Part shown: positions 15,853-28,762 of the stretch, in pieces
Layout of the letters: every line of letters begins with the position of its first letter
Numbering within the stretch: position 1 is the first letter of the stretch
DNA from: Octopus vulgaris
Taxonomy: Eukaryota
Reading direction: 5' to 3'
DNA length: 64,000 bases
Assembly: GCA_951406725.2 (NCBI GenBank)
Contig: OX597817.1
Span: 63,612,001 to 63,676,000 of the forward strand
Position numbers and translations under genes: made by a program
The notes under the pieces: model-generated
Told to the model about the DNA's origin: nothing
Seen by the model: the letters and a program-made list of their open reading frames with translations, nothing else
Databases searched by the model: none

Positions 15853-16042
15853 TATGCTTTTTTATTATTATGAAAGCTGCAAGAACATCACAAAATACTG
15901 CTACTCAGAGTTTCTCGTTCCCGTTTGTCGGGCAGTTGTGAATCTTGATCACAATTGCCCGACGAACGGGAACGAGAAGCTTTGCGTAGCAGATTTTTGC
16001 GATGTCATTGCAGGTTTAATAATAATATAAAAAAAGGCATAT
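15853..16042. mobile_element. Fold-back element (~90-bp imperfect arms) next to (TA)n, with a hammerhead-like motif in each arm
   Basis: 15853-15941 is inverted at 15949-16042. Confidence 0.75.
15898..15992. ncRNA. Pair of opposed hammerhead-like motifs (minus 15898-15935; plus 15955-15992), consensus core CCGACGA
   Basis: Minus: ctgc-CCGACAA-acgggaacga-GAAA-ctctgag-TA-gcag. Plus: ttgc-CCGACGA-acgggaacga-GAAG-ctttgcg-TA-gcag. Each copy has different lesions. Confidence 0.6.
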
Positions 16043-16130
16043 CACTCTACCTCCGGTATTCGAGTACTACTTTTTTCCGACTTGTTTTGTACTTAGTGCT
16101 TATTCGCGCGCGCGTGCATATTCGTATTGT

Positions 16131-16505
16131 TTTATTCTTTTACTAGTTTCAGTCATTTGACTTCGGCCAGGCTGGAGCATCGCCTTTAGTCGATCGAACA
16201 AATCAATCCCACGACATATTCATTGAAAGCCTAGTACTTATTGTGCCAAACCGCTAAGTTATGGGGACGTAAACACACCGACATTGGTTGTCAAGTGATG
16301 GTGGGAGGACAAACACAGACACACACATATACATGCATAAATATAAATATATATATATGCATTCGTTCAGTTTCCGTCTACAAAATTCACTCACAAGACT
16401 TTGGTCGACTTGAGGTTTTAGTAGGACACTTACTCAAGGTGCCACGCAGTGGGACTGAACCAACTACTATATGATTGGGAAGCAATCTTCTTACCACACA
16501 GCCAC
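16131..16505 (-). mobile_element. tRNA-derived SINE with CORE-like segment and internal microsatellite
   Basis: Minus strand: gtggctgtgtggtaag...ggttcagtcccactgcgtggcaccttgagtaagtg...; homologous to 47317-47690. Confidence 0.85.
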
Positions 16506-16555
16506 ATACATACATACATACATACATACATACATACATACATACATACATACAT

Positions 16556-16629
<74 letters not shown>

Positions 16630-16677
16630 CATAAATATATTCAGTAATGAATATTTATATAGATATTATTATTATTA

Positions 16678-17147
16678 TTGAGTGAGCGAGCAGAGCATGC
16701 CATCAAAGTGACACTGGGGTAAAATATACGAAGCCCAGTATACCCATCATGACTACCCGTCCGATAAGGGCACACCAGGCACATGCATCACAACCATATG
16801 TGCGCGACATGGTGATCTCATATCAAGATAAACAGCACATGACCTTGCAGGTGGAGCCCAGTTAGAATTTTCTTCAGATCGAGTAACCCATCCCGCTCAA
16901 AAGGTCCCTGAATTAGGGCTGTCCAAGGACGTTGAACGAAACACCCATGTTTCCAGAGGTGAATTATTCAAACCCCAAAGAATCCCTCTCAACACATGGC
17001 TATGATGCTCCCCCACTACTTCTGCTCATGATCAGAGATGCATATATCGTCAGCCACTAAGGGACATGCTCAACTGGTTAAGGTCAAACAACTGACAAGC
17101 AAATCTGTGGTATTGAGCAGAATATTTGCTGTAGCCCATCTTTTATA

Positions 17148-17149
<2 letters not shown>
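16678..17149 (-). mobile_element. ~470-bp repeat inserted in (ATT)n; same family as 5847-6328
   Basis: High similarity to the other two copies; (ATT)n on both sides. Confidence 0.85.
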
Positions 17150-17178
<29 letters not shown>

Positions 17179-17799
17179 GTTATTATTATCTTCGGTAAAT
17201 ATAAATAGTTGATAACAATAACAATAATATAGGTGGTTGCAAGCCTTTAATAGCATTAGATAGCCATAGAATTAAAACTTATATTGGTCATAAGGTCACA
17301 CAAGGCGCCTACCTGCTAGACGGATGAATTAGAACCCTCAGTTAAACCACCAACAACACTGAAAAATTCAACAGAAAAACAACAGTAGACTTGCGAACGG
17401 GTTAAATAATTTTGAGATACCAAAGACAGCTCAATGCTAAATATTTTGGTATTTGGATATACTTGAATTATGATTTCTAGTTCTGGAGAAAAGCCCCAAC
17501 CTTCATCAGCAAGTTTTACCAACTGAAAAAATTTTCAACTCGTCACGTTGAAGTCTACGGGGGTTCTGAATTGTTTTGCGCGAAAATCAGAACAGCTTCA
17601 GTGCAAAAATACTGATAAGGAGTAAATATTTAGAAGTGAATATTCATATATAGATATTATTACTGTTATTATTATCGGCGCTAAATAGAAATAATTGATA
17701 ATAACAACAACAGTAATATAGGTAGTTGCAGGTCTTAAATAGCATTAGGTAGCTACAGAAGTAAAATTCTTATTTGTCATAAGGTCACACAAGGCGCCT

Positions 17800-17914
17800 A
17801 AGGATGATCTGGTTCTTGTCTGGGGATAAAAGGCTTCGAATCTGGATGTTTTGTTGTCCCGTTTTGTATGACCTAGTGGTCCGGATGATTTGCGTTCTTG
17901 TCCCATTTTGTATT

Positions 17915-17915
<1 letters not shown>
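17800..17915 (+). repeat. Fragment of the family at 20150-20888 and 26358-27285
   Basis: gatgatctggttcttg...tctggatgttttgttgtccc...ttgcgttcttgtcccattttgtatt is shared. Confidence 0.7.
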
Positions 17916-17968
<53 letters not shown>

Positions 17969-17994
17969 CTCTCTCTCTCCCTCTCTCTCTCTCC

Positions 17995-18062
<68 letters not shown>

Positions 18063-18076
18063 TATGTATATATGTA

Positions 18077-18169
18077 TCCTTGGTCCGACCAGTAGTTAAC
18101 GGATTATTTCTTGTTTGGATAATTCCTACTTCCGAAGTACTGCTCGCTATGAAACATGTGTAGCCAGGA
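18077..18169 (+). ncRNA. Degenerate hammerhead-like motif in a short insert between (TA)n tracts
   Basis: tccttggt-CCGACCA-gtagt...gctat-GAAA-catgtg-TA-gccagga; the core has two departures from consensus. Confidence 0.35.
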
Positions 18170-18201
18170 TTTTATATACTCCATTCCCTAATTTTGGATT
18201 T

Positions 18202-18264
<63 letters not shown>

Positions 18265-18284
18265 TATATACTTACATATATTTC

Positions 18285-18430
18285 TAGCTTGCTTCCACAT
18301 AGTCTCCGTTTACCAAATTCATTCACAGGGCCTTAGTCAGTCGGGGGTTATAGTAGAAGATACTCGCGCAAATTGAACCTGAAACCTTGTGTTTTCTAAT
18401 CGAAATTCTCAACCTTTAATCCATGCCCGC
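18285..18430 (-). mobile_element. Degenerate 5' part of the CORE-like SINE
   Basis: ccgtttaccaaattcattcacagggcc...tatagtagaagatac...tgaacctgaaacc matches the 47317 family. Confidence 0.6.
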
Positions 18431-18990
18431 TCTTACACGTCTTTGCGTGTGTGTGGTTATGTACGTATGCGTGTATGTGTATATCTGTGATTATTACCTT
18501 TCCGAAACTTTGAAACTACATTATCATTTTCGAGTTATCTGATTTCTTTAACTTCACAAATATAACTCGCCTATACATTTAAAATTGCACTGACGAGATC
18601 TGTCACGTTGAAATAAATATGTAATTGGACCATTATTGAATAAATACATAATATATTAAACATGTCTTGATTCGCTGTTAAAGTTTAGTTTCAAGTTCGT
18701 AAAGAAGATAATTCGTAAAAAAAAATCATCATCATTTAAAGAAATAGCAGAAAAGAATAACGAACTTAACTGTATTCATGTATGTATATATGTATGAGGT
18801 AAGTACATACATATGTGCGTACATAGATATATGCGTACATAGATATATGCGCACATACTTACATAAATATTTGTATTCATACAAACATAAATATGAACAT
18901 AAGTACACATATACATAAATACATGCATGTAGGCATACATACATACATATAAGCACGAATACATACGTGCTTACATACATACATACTAGA

Positions 18991-19026
<36 letters not shown>

Positions 19027-19884
19027 AGAGCGAGAGAGAAAGAGAAAGAAAAGAGAGGAGTGAGAGAGTAACAGACATAGACAGTTCAACATTTTTCTAT
19101 TATTTTAATTTTCACTTTTCACAGCAAGGAGGCGTTCGTCAAATGACGACAAAGAAGGAAGTCTTGGACAATATATATACATATATACATATGTATGTTA
19201 TCTATCTATCTATCAATCTATCTCTTTATCTATATATACATATATTCATACACATATACCTACATATATATGTATGTTACAGACACACACACACACACAC
19301 ACACGCGCGCGCGTATATATATGTATATTTCAATTACCAGTCCAATTTCTGATTCCAAAGTAATTTTGTGACTGTATAATGTGTGATCAGTGATGTCATT
19401 AGACATTTCCTTAATTTCACACTAGACTAATATTCCCAGCTTCTATCATCTAATAACTGGAAATCTATTTTAGTTTACTTGACTCTAACTCATTGTCTGA
19501 AAGACCAAACTCAATTTGCATATATGTATTGTTTTGTTTTTTGGTATTCTGTCGCCTTATTTTGTTCAGCTTTATTGAAACAAGAATTGGAATTACTCTT
19601 TTGCGCATTTGATTTTTCTTTTAATGTTTTTATCTTATCATAGGCACGTATATTCTACTCATATATGTAATTTCTTTTATCGCTATTTTATATGTTCAAC
19701 TTTGCATTAGCATTTAGTGAACAAATAACGAAGCAGTGAATTGAGAGAAAATGTAGATGGGATAAATGACATGAAACATTTTGTTTTATTCGTCACTCTC
19801 TCTTTATACACTCACGCATAGATGTGTATAGACATATACATACATACACACACGCACGCACACGAATGTGTATATGCGCGCGAG

Positions 19885-19926
<42 letters not shown>

Positions 19927-19928
19927 AG

Positions 19929-20060
19929 GTTGTTGGTTACGGCCGGTCAGAGAGTGACCATTGATTCCACACCTATAAAGTTCTCAGTGGTATAGGTGAC
20001 TCATCAGACTTGCTGGTCGGAGGAATATAAAACCTCTCTGAGCGGCCATAACCAACAAAC
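19929..20060 (-). ncRNA. Short element with ~27-bp inverted ends enclosing a degenerate hammerhead (19952-20011)
   Basis: Minus: aagt-CTGATGA-gtcacctata...tataggtg-tgGAAt-caatgg-TC-actc; ends gttggttacggccggtcagagag / ctctctgagcggccataaccaac. Confidence 0.5.
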
Positions 20061-20149
20061 TGTAGGTATTATTGCTCTAAAGTTTTAGAGTATGCTTCTT
20101 TTCGGATTTATGAACCACTGACCGATTATATATATATATTGCGGCAAAC

Positions 20150-20888
20150 GTACACTTTGGTTCCTTATATGTAAGTATATATTTATCTAAATCTTGTACG
20201 ACTCTATTCTTTCTTTCTATCAGCCCTTTCACGCTTATTCGTTCATTCCACTCTTCGTTCTTTCGTTCCCTCTCTCTCACATTTCCCTGCCTTCTCTTCT
20301 TGCTCACTTTCCCTCCTCTTTTCACTTCACTGTGTCCCTGTCATTTTCTCGCCCCTCCAGAATTCTTCTGTTCCTATGCCTCTACCTCTCTCTCTCTCTT
20401 CTCTCTCAACGTGACCGGTGTTCGGCCAAGCCTGATCTTTCTTTCTTGGTTCGGCCGTCGTCCATGCAACATCTATATTCCTCCCTGTACCTGTGAAATC
20501 TTCTATCCTTGCCGTACGGCTTTATTTCCACACACGCCAGGTTAATTTAATTCGTCCTTAGTCGAAAGACACCTGTTGTTATGTCTTGTTATTTGTACTT
20601 GTGTAACATTCTCCGTTCTTTCCGTCCTTGTTTTCGTATACATTCGCTGCTTTCTTCCAAGGAATCTAATGCTCTTAGCTTAGTTTTTCCTTGGGGCTGG
20701 CCAGATTGGAGCAATTTCGAGTATAACCAGCCGAAACTGCAAAGATAATCTGGAACTCGACTGAAGAAAGAAAACTCCGAATGACCCGTCGTTGTTTTCT
20801 TTGTATCGTCTATCTGGATGTTTTGTTGCCCCTTTTTTGTATCACCTAACTGTCCTGATGTTTTGCGTTCTTGTCCCATTTTGTATTA
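20150..20888 (+). mobile_element. Non-coding CT-rich element between TA tracts; related to 26358-27285
   Basis: Shares cttagtttt(t)c.tgg.gggctggcc...gccgaaa...gactgaaga...tgtatcgtct...cgttcttgtcc with the minus strand of 26.4-26.7 kb. Confidence 0.65.
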
Positions 20889-20944
20889 TATATATATTTC
20901 TTGCGAGATCATCATTGGTAAATACCTTAATCTACCTGCTTCTA

Positions 20945-21278
20945 GACTCATGGTTCAGTGGTTAGAGCGTCGAACTCACAATCATGACGTAGTGAGTTCG
21001 ATTCTCGAACCGGGCTGTGTGTTGTGTTCTTGAACAAGACACTTTATTTCACGTTGCTCCAGTTCACTCAGCTGTAGAAATGGGTTGTGACGTCACTGGT
21101 GTCAAGCTGTATCGTCATTTGTCTTTCCCTTGGATAACATCGGTGACGCGGGGAGGGCAGGCTCGTAGACATGGGCGATTGCTGATCTTCCTTAAACAAC
21201 CTTCCCTGGACTTGTGCTTCAGAAGGGAACTTTCTAGGTGCAATCCCATGGTCATTCATGACCGAAGGGGTCCTTTAC
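20945..21278 (+). mobile_element. tRNA-derived CORE-like SINE
   Basis: A box tggttcagtggttag, B box gagttcgattc, then gtgttgtgttcttgaacaagacactttatttc; homologous to 52380-52680. Confidence 0.85.
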
Positions 21279-23984
21279 TTGCTTCTAATAAGACCAAATT
21301 CCCCCAAATTTGATACTCAATTCATAGTAGTTTTGGTATTAAATTCTCCTGAGCATATGACTTCAGCGGATAAGGAGTCAAATGATGACATTTCAGGCAC
21401 AATTTTAGATTATCTCTTTTTCTAATGAAACAGAAACTTAATGTCGCAAAAATATCTGGATTACCTCGTCGGGATTTAAATTCATTTAAGAAGCTGACTG
21501 AAATGAGTACCATAGATATGTTGTGGTTATATTAATCGATTTTACTAAGTCATTTCGATTTACTCATCACTTACTAAAGTTCTTCGCTGTATTTAACAAT
21601 ATCAAAATACAGTGTTCTCAAAAATATAGTTGACACAAGAGTGAATGACACGCACCTCCTCATGGTGCTTGTATATCAATTTCCGCTTGAAGTTAAGGAT
21701 GGAAAAGTTCATTCTTCATTTATTTTGGTACACTTCGTAGCACTTTACCACTTCTCATTTCCACGTGACCTTATTTTAATTTTCCAACATCATTTATCAC
21801 TTATCATTGGAAAAAAGGAATTACATATTAATATAACAATAATTAAAGACTTTATTAACATATTGGCAGTAATAGTTTTCATGTAAATTTAGTAAATTTA
21901 TTCTTTAGGTGAGAATTTTTTGATAAAGCAGGTGGTTTAAATTTGGGTAAGCAGCCATCTTTTGGAAATTAAAACGTTTATATCTATTCAAACATGACTC
22001 CGTTGTCTACGTGTTGGACAATCTGTTGTACATGCCTTAGTATTGGGTTGTTTCTTGATTCTAATTTACTTCCATGCTCATATTGATGCATTATCATGTT
22101 GTCTGAATTATCTTAATTCGTTCAGCCATGTACATGTTGATCTAACTTCGAAATCCCGGAAACTGTACGTCATTTATAAAAATATGCTACGAACCGATTT
22201 CGCATGTACAGTGTGTGGCCAGGACAAGAGTTGAGCTTCCTTGCATTAGTTGTGTGATATGTATAAAACTAATAGCAGGATGACTAATGGTTCTTGTTAC
22301 GTGTCATTTGCTATTCCAATGATTTAGAGGGAGACCACAGATCGCACAAGAGACTTGCTATTTCTGCCTTGTGAGCACAAACGGAATTACTTCAGAAATA
22401 GATTCCTTAAATATCTTAATCTACCTGCTTGTAACGAGACCAAATACCCACAGTGCTCAACTATCAGTATTAAATCCTCATGAGCACGTTAGTTCACGTG
22501 ATTCTGAATCAAATTATGTTGGAGTAATTCACGAGGAAAAAGTTGAAGACATTTCTTATTCAACGTTAATGATTAACTCTTCTTCCAATCAACTATTTAC
22601 TGTCACATAGAGATCTGGATTACCGGGTTCGGGATTTAAATTTATCAAAGTAGTAGGCTAAAATTTTAGGTTCAAGATTACCCCCCGACTGCTATTCTGA
22701 AATAGTAGGTGACCTTTTTCAGTTTTAACAAGCAATCGTGTGCAATATGTCGTTAAAGTATAGCGCTAAATGACACCAAGTTAGTTTTTAAACTGTCGTT
22801 TTGATCGTATTCTAAAAAATGGTACAACTATGTAGATTTTAAAAATTGCATGCAGTACTAAGCCTGAGCTGATAGAGAAATGTTACAGAGTTGTAAGAAT
22901 CAGATACTTTCATTCTTGAGATAATAAAGAATAATGTTTGCTCCCTAATGTAATTGCTTGGTTGCTGCTGTTTGACCAGTCTTAGCTTTAAATTCTATCA
23001 GAGTACAAATGCTAAATAATAAAAAAATATATTAAGGAAGTTCGGTTCTTTTTATTTTTAGTTTTTCTTCCGATTCCATCCCACTTCTATTACTACATTG
23101 ATTCAGTTAAAACATAATTCCAAGAGATTTGTAAAGCTAATGCAATATATTTCTATATTTACATCCATATATTTACATAACATCAGTTTTCACAAACAAG
23201 CAGCTTACATTCATAATCAGATGCAGATGCTCCTGGGTCAGTCTTTCTTGCTCTCATCTACAATATAACGTAAGTATATATTAATCCTACGCACCGGTGA
23301 GATAAATAGAGCCAATTTCTTCACCTTTTGTGTGCTTAGAAAACATCGTCGGATTAACCTTATTGACATTTCTCGTAAAATATTTCCGTATTCTTTGGTA
23401 TGAAGGTAGTTTGAGGCAATATAGAACACTGTATCACGTTCAGAAATATGACGAAATGCTTATCGTGTACATGATCCCATAAAGTATCCGTTAGAAGTTC
23501 AAAATTAATCTCCCGACAATATCACTTAAAAAATTTTATATATTTACAGGCATATCGCGTTGACAGCATCGGTTCGCGTCCAATACCAAAGTAAAAACAA
23601 CGTCATATATATTGTTGATGTTCAATCTCAGCCATGATCGCGCAGACTTGTGATCATTATTTTAAAACAGCGTATTTAAGCTTCGTGCTATTTGAAGATT
23701 TGATTGTTACTTTTAGCAGATCAGGAGATCACATTGAGGCTTCCTCGTTGGTTTGTTATACTTACATGCTGTTGTTTTTTATTTTTTATTTTACTTTTAT
23801 CTTTTAGTCAACAGAAAAGCAGTGCCTATGATCCTTCACAATGTCTCTGAGACTAGTGGGAAGGAGGGAGGACAGTGTCCGAAAATCCGAGGCCTGGCGC
23901 AAATTCTTGCAATAGAGTGGACTTTGCTAAATGTACCAAGGTAGCTGGTGATGGTAGTTTTACACCAAGCGACAAGTTAAGTTT

Positions 23985-24190
23985 ACCATCTGAAGGTGGG
24001 ATTTGAATTTAGCAAACAAATAACTGGAACAAAAACCGCAAGGTATTTAATCTGACGTTCTTACAGTGCTGTCAATCCGTCGCCCTGAATTGGTCCTTTT
24101 TTTATCTACCTTGAAAGAATGAAAAGCAAAACTAACCACGACGGGATTTGATCTCAAAGAGGCAAGTACCAGAGCACATAGCCAATTCAC
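23985..24190 (-). mobile_element. Highly degenerate Meta-domain SINE pieces
   Basis: tttatctaccttgaaagaatgaaaagcaaa...gggatttga resembles the reverse strand of the family. Confidence 0.5.
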
Positions 24191-25135
24191 CACCTATTGT
24201 CGTAGTGGTGGTAGTTTTGGTTTAGCCTCATCTCAGTGCCTGACTAGACATATGTAAGGTATTCAAACCATAACCTTTCCATCAGTTATAAAGCATGTAG
24301 GTATACATTATCAGTGTATATCCTATCTTTTATGAGGCGTTAGAGCATGATATGTGGCAGATTTGGCTTCTATTTTATGCAGGTTGTGCGACCAGGTAGC
24401 AATTCTCTCGTTGATGTGTCAGAGTTTTTCATTTTTTCTCTAACGGTTGTGGTTAGTAGTTATCAACATTGAAATAAAATCAGCAGTAAATGTGTATGGT
24501 TGTAGTTTTTACAAATATGGGCTCTTAGTGTTATTGTGGTGGCGATTGTGAGGGTGTTTGCGTTGCTGATGGCTGTAGCAGCGAGAGATAATAATATTCT
24601 TTTCAATATGCCATATTTCAGAAGATCATGTAATGGATATATTGGGAATTAACATTGAACGACCGAAGCTATTATCAAAATCGCAGCATCGTTCTGCAGT
24701 CTTTCATTATATGTTATAAATACGTGTGTCCGTTCGTATATAGACATGTGTATGTATGTGTTGTGTGTGTATTCATGTGGGGGCTGTAAATCATGTAGGA
24801 AATTTAGCGGGAAATATCAACGTAAATGACTCTGTTCTGCCTTTGGTAAGGGTCACCACTATACTGAACGTATGCTGATGAAGAAAGATATTTTATTGCA
24901 GAAAATACATGCAAACACAATTAGTTGGTAATAACGTTCATTTTGGCAAATAGTTAAAATCTACTTTATAAATTCATTTTTAAAATAGATTGAACAGGTC
25001 GTAGAAGCAAAGAGCATTACGTTGTATATACGCACGAAACTCTTGGACTCTGAGACTTCTGCTATATATATATATATATATATATATATCTTTTACTTGT
25101 TTCAGTCATTTGACTATAGCCATGCTGGGGAAACG

Positions 25136-25177
<42 letters not shown>

Positions 25178-26318
25178 ATCACGTGACCGATCAGACATCG
25201 CTGGTCACAATGCGTTCGCATTGTTTTAGCCTTCGAATGACGCCACCCCGCTGGCTAAGCGAGTAGGCCAATATATATATATATATATGTTTTATGAATT
25301 TATTTTGCAAGATGGTAAACCGTGTGGTCAGATATTGTTATATTTCGGGACGGTCATTTTTTTCTTGCCAAATAAACACACGCACTATATGTTCATTTAT
25401 CACTCTTATTATTGTTCTTATATTGTTCTATTGTTTGGAAATCTGTCGTTACACACCTGTGACCTCATCAGCGACTCTTCCATCTCACGTGTCTCCTGTA
25501 TATATATTGAGTGATAAAGGTAATCAAAATGAATCAGAGAAGAGAGAAAGAAAGGAAAATAGAAAAGACGGGAGAAAGAGAAAGAAGAAGAAAGTGGGAA
25601 AATATTAAATGGTCTAAGAAGGAAAAGAGAATACGTCAATATCCTTTTAAATATCTAACGTGTCAGTGATGTAAGTGATTCAAAAAATGAAGAGAAGGAG
25701 ACAGTGGTGATAAAATAAAGTGTTGTTTTATAGAGAACATGTGTAGCAGTTTGTTACCAAAATATCAATAAATAATGGGAGAGGAATAAGGGTTTGAAGG
25801 TGGAGAGAAAGGAAGAATAGAAATAGTTACAAAAAAGTAATGTAGATGGTGTGATAAAGCTGTTTAACAGATAATTGAATTAAAACGATGATAAAGGACG
25901 GTTTAAATTAATTATAAATGTTATAAAACGTTAAAAAAAATAGTTTGCATTTGACAAATGAAATGCAATGGCTGAGACCGAGTTAGTAAATCTTATTGTT
26001 TCTACTTTTGTGCTTCTTATATTAAATGAATAATAAATCCACGGTTTAGTACTTTATAATTATTAGGTGAAAATTAAGGTTTACACCCGCAAAGTAAAAG
26101 AAGCTCAAACATCTCCGTGAAAGAATTTGAAGTTTGGTTGTAAGGTTTTTGGATCGAATCGTTGGCATATTCATTTCGTTACCAATGCAGTTCCAGGGCC
26201 TGAAGATTTGGCGGACACATAGTACATGTAATTACATGTCTAATTAATTAACTAATTAACGAGTCGTTCCGGTAACACTTAAAGGACGGAATGAACTGCC
26301 ACTGTCCATCCTTTTGCG

Positions 26319-26357
<39 letters not shown>

Positions 26358-27285
26358 GTTAAGGTATGTAGAAAAATACAACATGGACAAGAACGTATAA
26401 CTCTTAGAAGACGATACAATAAACACGGACAGGACATTCGAAACCCTCAGTCTTCAGTCAAGAACCGGATCATCGTAGTAATTTCGGCGGATTAATCTTG
26501 AGATTACTAGATCACGGCCAGCCCTCCAAGAAAAACTAAGCAACGAGCATTAGAAAAACTAAGCTGGGAGCGTAGATTTCCTGGAAGAAGGATCGAATGC
26601 ATACGGACACCAGGACAGCAAAAGGGACGAATATAAAAAAACAAAAAAATAATGGAATACAGAAACATGAAATACAGAAGCATTAACGGTGAAAACAACA
26701 ACAAGTGTCTTACGACTGATAACAAGCAAACAAATTTTTTCTCTGGCGCAAGGAAAGGAGCCTTATCGGCGATGCCTATAGCGGCGGACGAAAAACAACG
26801 ATGTTAACACGACGATGGTCAGAAGCTGAAAGGCAGATTTCGGCCAGCAGTCACGTGACAGAGAAGAGAGAAAAGAAAAGAAAGAGAAGCAACGGAAGAG
26901 AGAGAGAGAGGAGGGACAAACGCGACAAAGAGCGAGAAGAGAGAGAAAGAAGGAATCAGAGAGGAGAAGGGATGGGTGTCGAAGAGCGACCTGTGAGTGC
27001 AGAGCGAGACAAAGAAATAGGAGGGTAGTGGAAGATTAGACCAAAGAATCAGAGGAAAAGAAGAGAAAAAGAGGATGAGTAGAGAGAGAAGGGGACAGAT
27101 CAAGTAAAAGTGAGAGAGAGAGAGAGACAAACAAAGAGTCGTACCAGTTATTAAGAATATGTGCTCACATTAATGTTAAGAGGGTACGCGGCGCCTGGAA
27201 TATATGTTAAGGTATGTAGAAAAATACAACATGGACAAGAACGTATAACTCTTAGAAGACGATACAATAAACACGGACAGGACAT
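26358..27285 (-). mobile_element. ~930-bp non-coding element with identical 80-bp direct terminal repeats, next to (TA)n
   Basis: 26358-26437 equals 27206-27285; no TG..CA ends and no ORF. Confidence 0.8.
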
Positions 27286-27768
27286 ATACATACATGTGTG
27301 TGTGCGTGCGTATATGTATAAATGTATCTATGAGGGAGAGAGGTGATAAGAAGAAGGATATGAATATCATTTTCGAATTGTCTAACGGTGTTGGTAGATA
27401 ATTGACATCGCTAGATATAGATGTCACTTTTTCCTCTTAATGATTGGCCTAGAGCAAGAAGCTATCCTCATGTCCATCGGATGCTCCTTGAGATCGACAC
27501 AGTTAATGTTCTTGAAGAAATTCTATTAGAAAACAAAAGTACTGGGAAAGAATTCCTGAAGGCTGACGACTGGGAGGAGTGGTTGATGTGATCCCAGGAG
27601 AAAGGAGAAATAGTGCTCTTGATGATGGAAGTGAGAAGTGAGTCGGGGAATTCTCAATGAACTGTTATGTATTCAAGAAATTTCGAAGAAATGAAGAGAT
27701 AGAACAGCTTGTTTACTGTCAAGATGCTGGTTTATGCTAGCGAGTAATTACATCTTTAGATTACAAAA

Positions 27769-28111
27769 TAGTGGTTCTCAACCGGAGTCCATATGGCCCC
27801 TGAGGGTCCATATAAGGCTTTTGGGAGTCCACGTAACAAAATAGTAAATTAGGGATTCACAATAGTATTTTAAGGACTGAAAAATTTTGCTTTAGATATA
27901 TGTATTGGTGTGTATTGCAAGAAATAGTTAGGTTTCTTTTTCTAACGTTCTACGTAATTCAACCTTTACAAATTAATGTGTGTAAAACGAAATAGAAATT
28001 TTGAAAGACGCTTCTATAAAACCAGTTTTTAGATGTCAAATGGCTATGGGGTCCACCAGAATAAAATCGTAATAGGTGTCTAGGGATGAAAAAAACTGTT
28101 GAAAACACCTC
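27769..28111. mobile_element. Degenerate hAT-like MITE
   Basis: Begins (t)agtggttctcaacc, has internal ggggtcca motifs and ends gttgaaaacacct, resembling cagtggttctcaac...gttgagaaccactg termini. Confidence 0.6.
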
Positions 28112-28461
28112 TTATAGAACATTGGACCTAATTACTGACACTAGATTTTAGAGAACTACTATTAAAACACTGTAATATGACAATGCTCTCTACATTCAAT
28201 ATCTCGCTAATTGGAGTTCAAATTCTGCTTGAGGTTAACTTTGTGTTTCATTCTTAAGTGGTCGTTAAAATAAAGAGTAAAAGTGTGGCGATTATTGTTA
28301 TCGACTATATCTCTTTCTTCCTCTTCTTCTATATGTGAGCTTCTGTCTATGTCACTTAGTACACCATCAACTGCCTCGAAGAACGTTTAGAAAAACAAGC
28401 CAACTAAACTAAAATCAGAGATGTCATAAAGGAAAAGACATTTAGAATGATAAGGTGGTAA

Positions 28462-28638
28462 GATGACAAAACGTTAGCACGTCGGGCGAAATGCAGTATT
28501 TCGTCTGTCTTTATGTTTGAGTTCAAATTCCGCTGACTTTGCTTTTCATCCTTTCGGGGTCGATAGATTAAGTACCAGTTGCGTACTGGGGTCGATCTAA
28601 TCGACTAGCCCCCTCCTTGTGCCTAGAGTAGAAAAGAA
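28462..28638 (+). mobile_element. Meta-domain SINE
   Basis: Family match including catcctttcggggtcgata.attaagtaccag. Confidence 0.85.
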
Positions 28639-28762
28639 CGAGCCAATGAGGGAAGGGTAATACTTCGGGTTTATTTGGTCTGTTAGAAATAAAAGTTTAC
28701 TACAAATAACCATATAAAATAAGTAAAGATACAATAGATTCTGTAGGTCTATATACATTATA

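Noticed and set aside
17316-17522. 68-aa minus-strand ORF after a tttcag acceptor-like site
   Set aside because: No recognisable homology; cannot be supported as an exon.
25335-25480. Minus-strand CTGATGA-ggtca...tgacc...CGAAA
   Set aside because: Extra bases before GAAA and no helix I or III pairing.
27440-27665. Possible very old LINE 3' end on the minus strand
   Set aside because: Only vague motif resemblance; needs a profile search.
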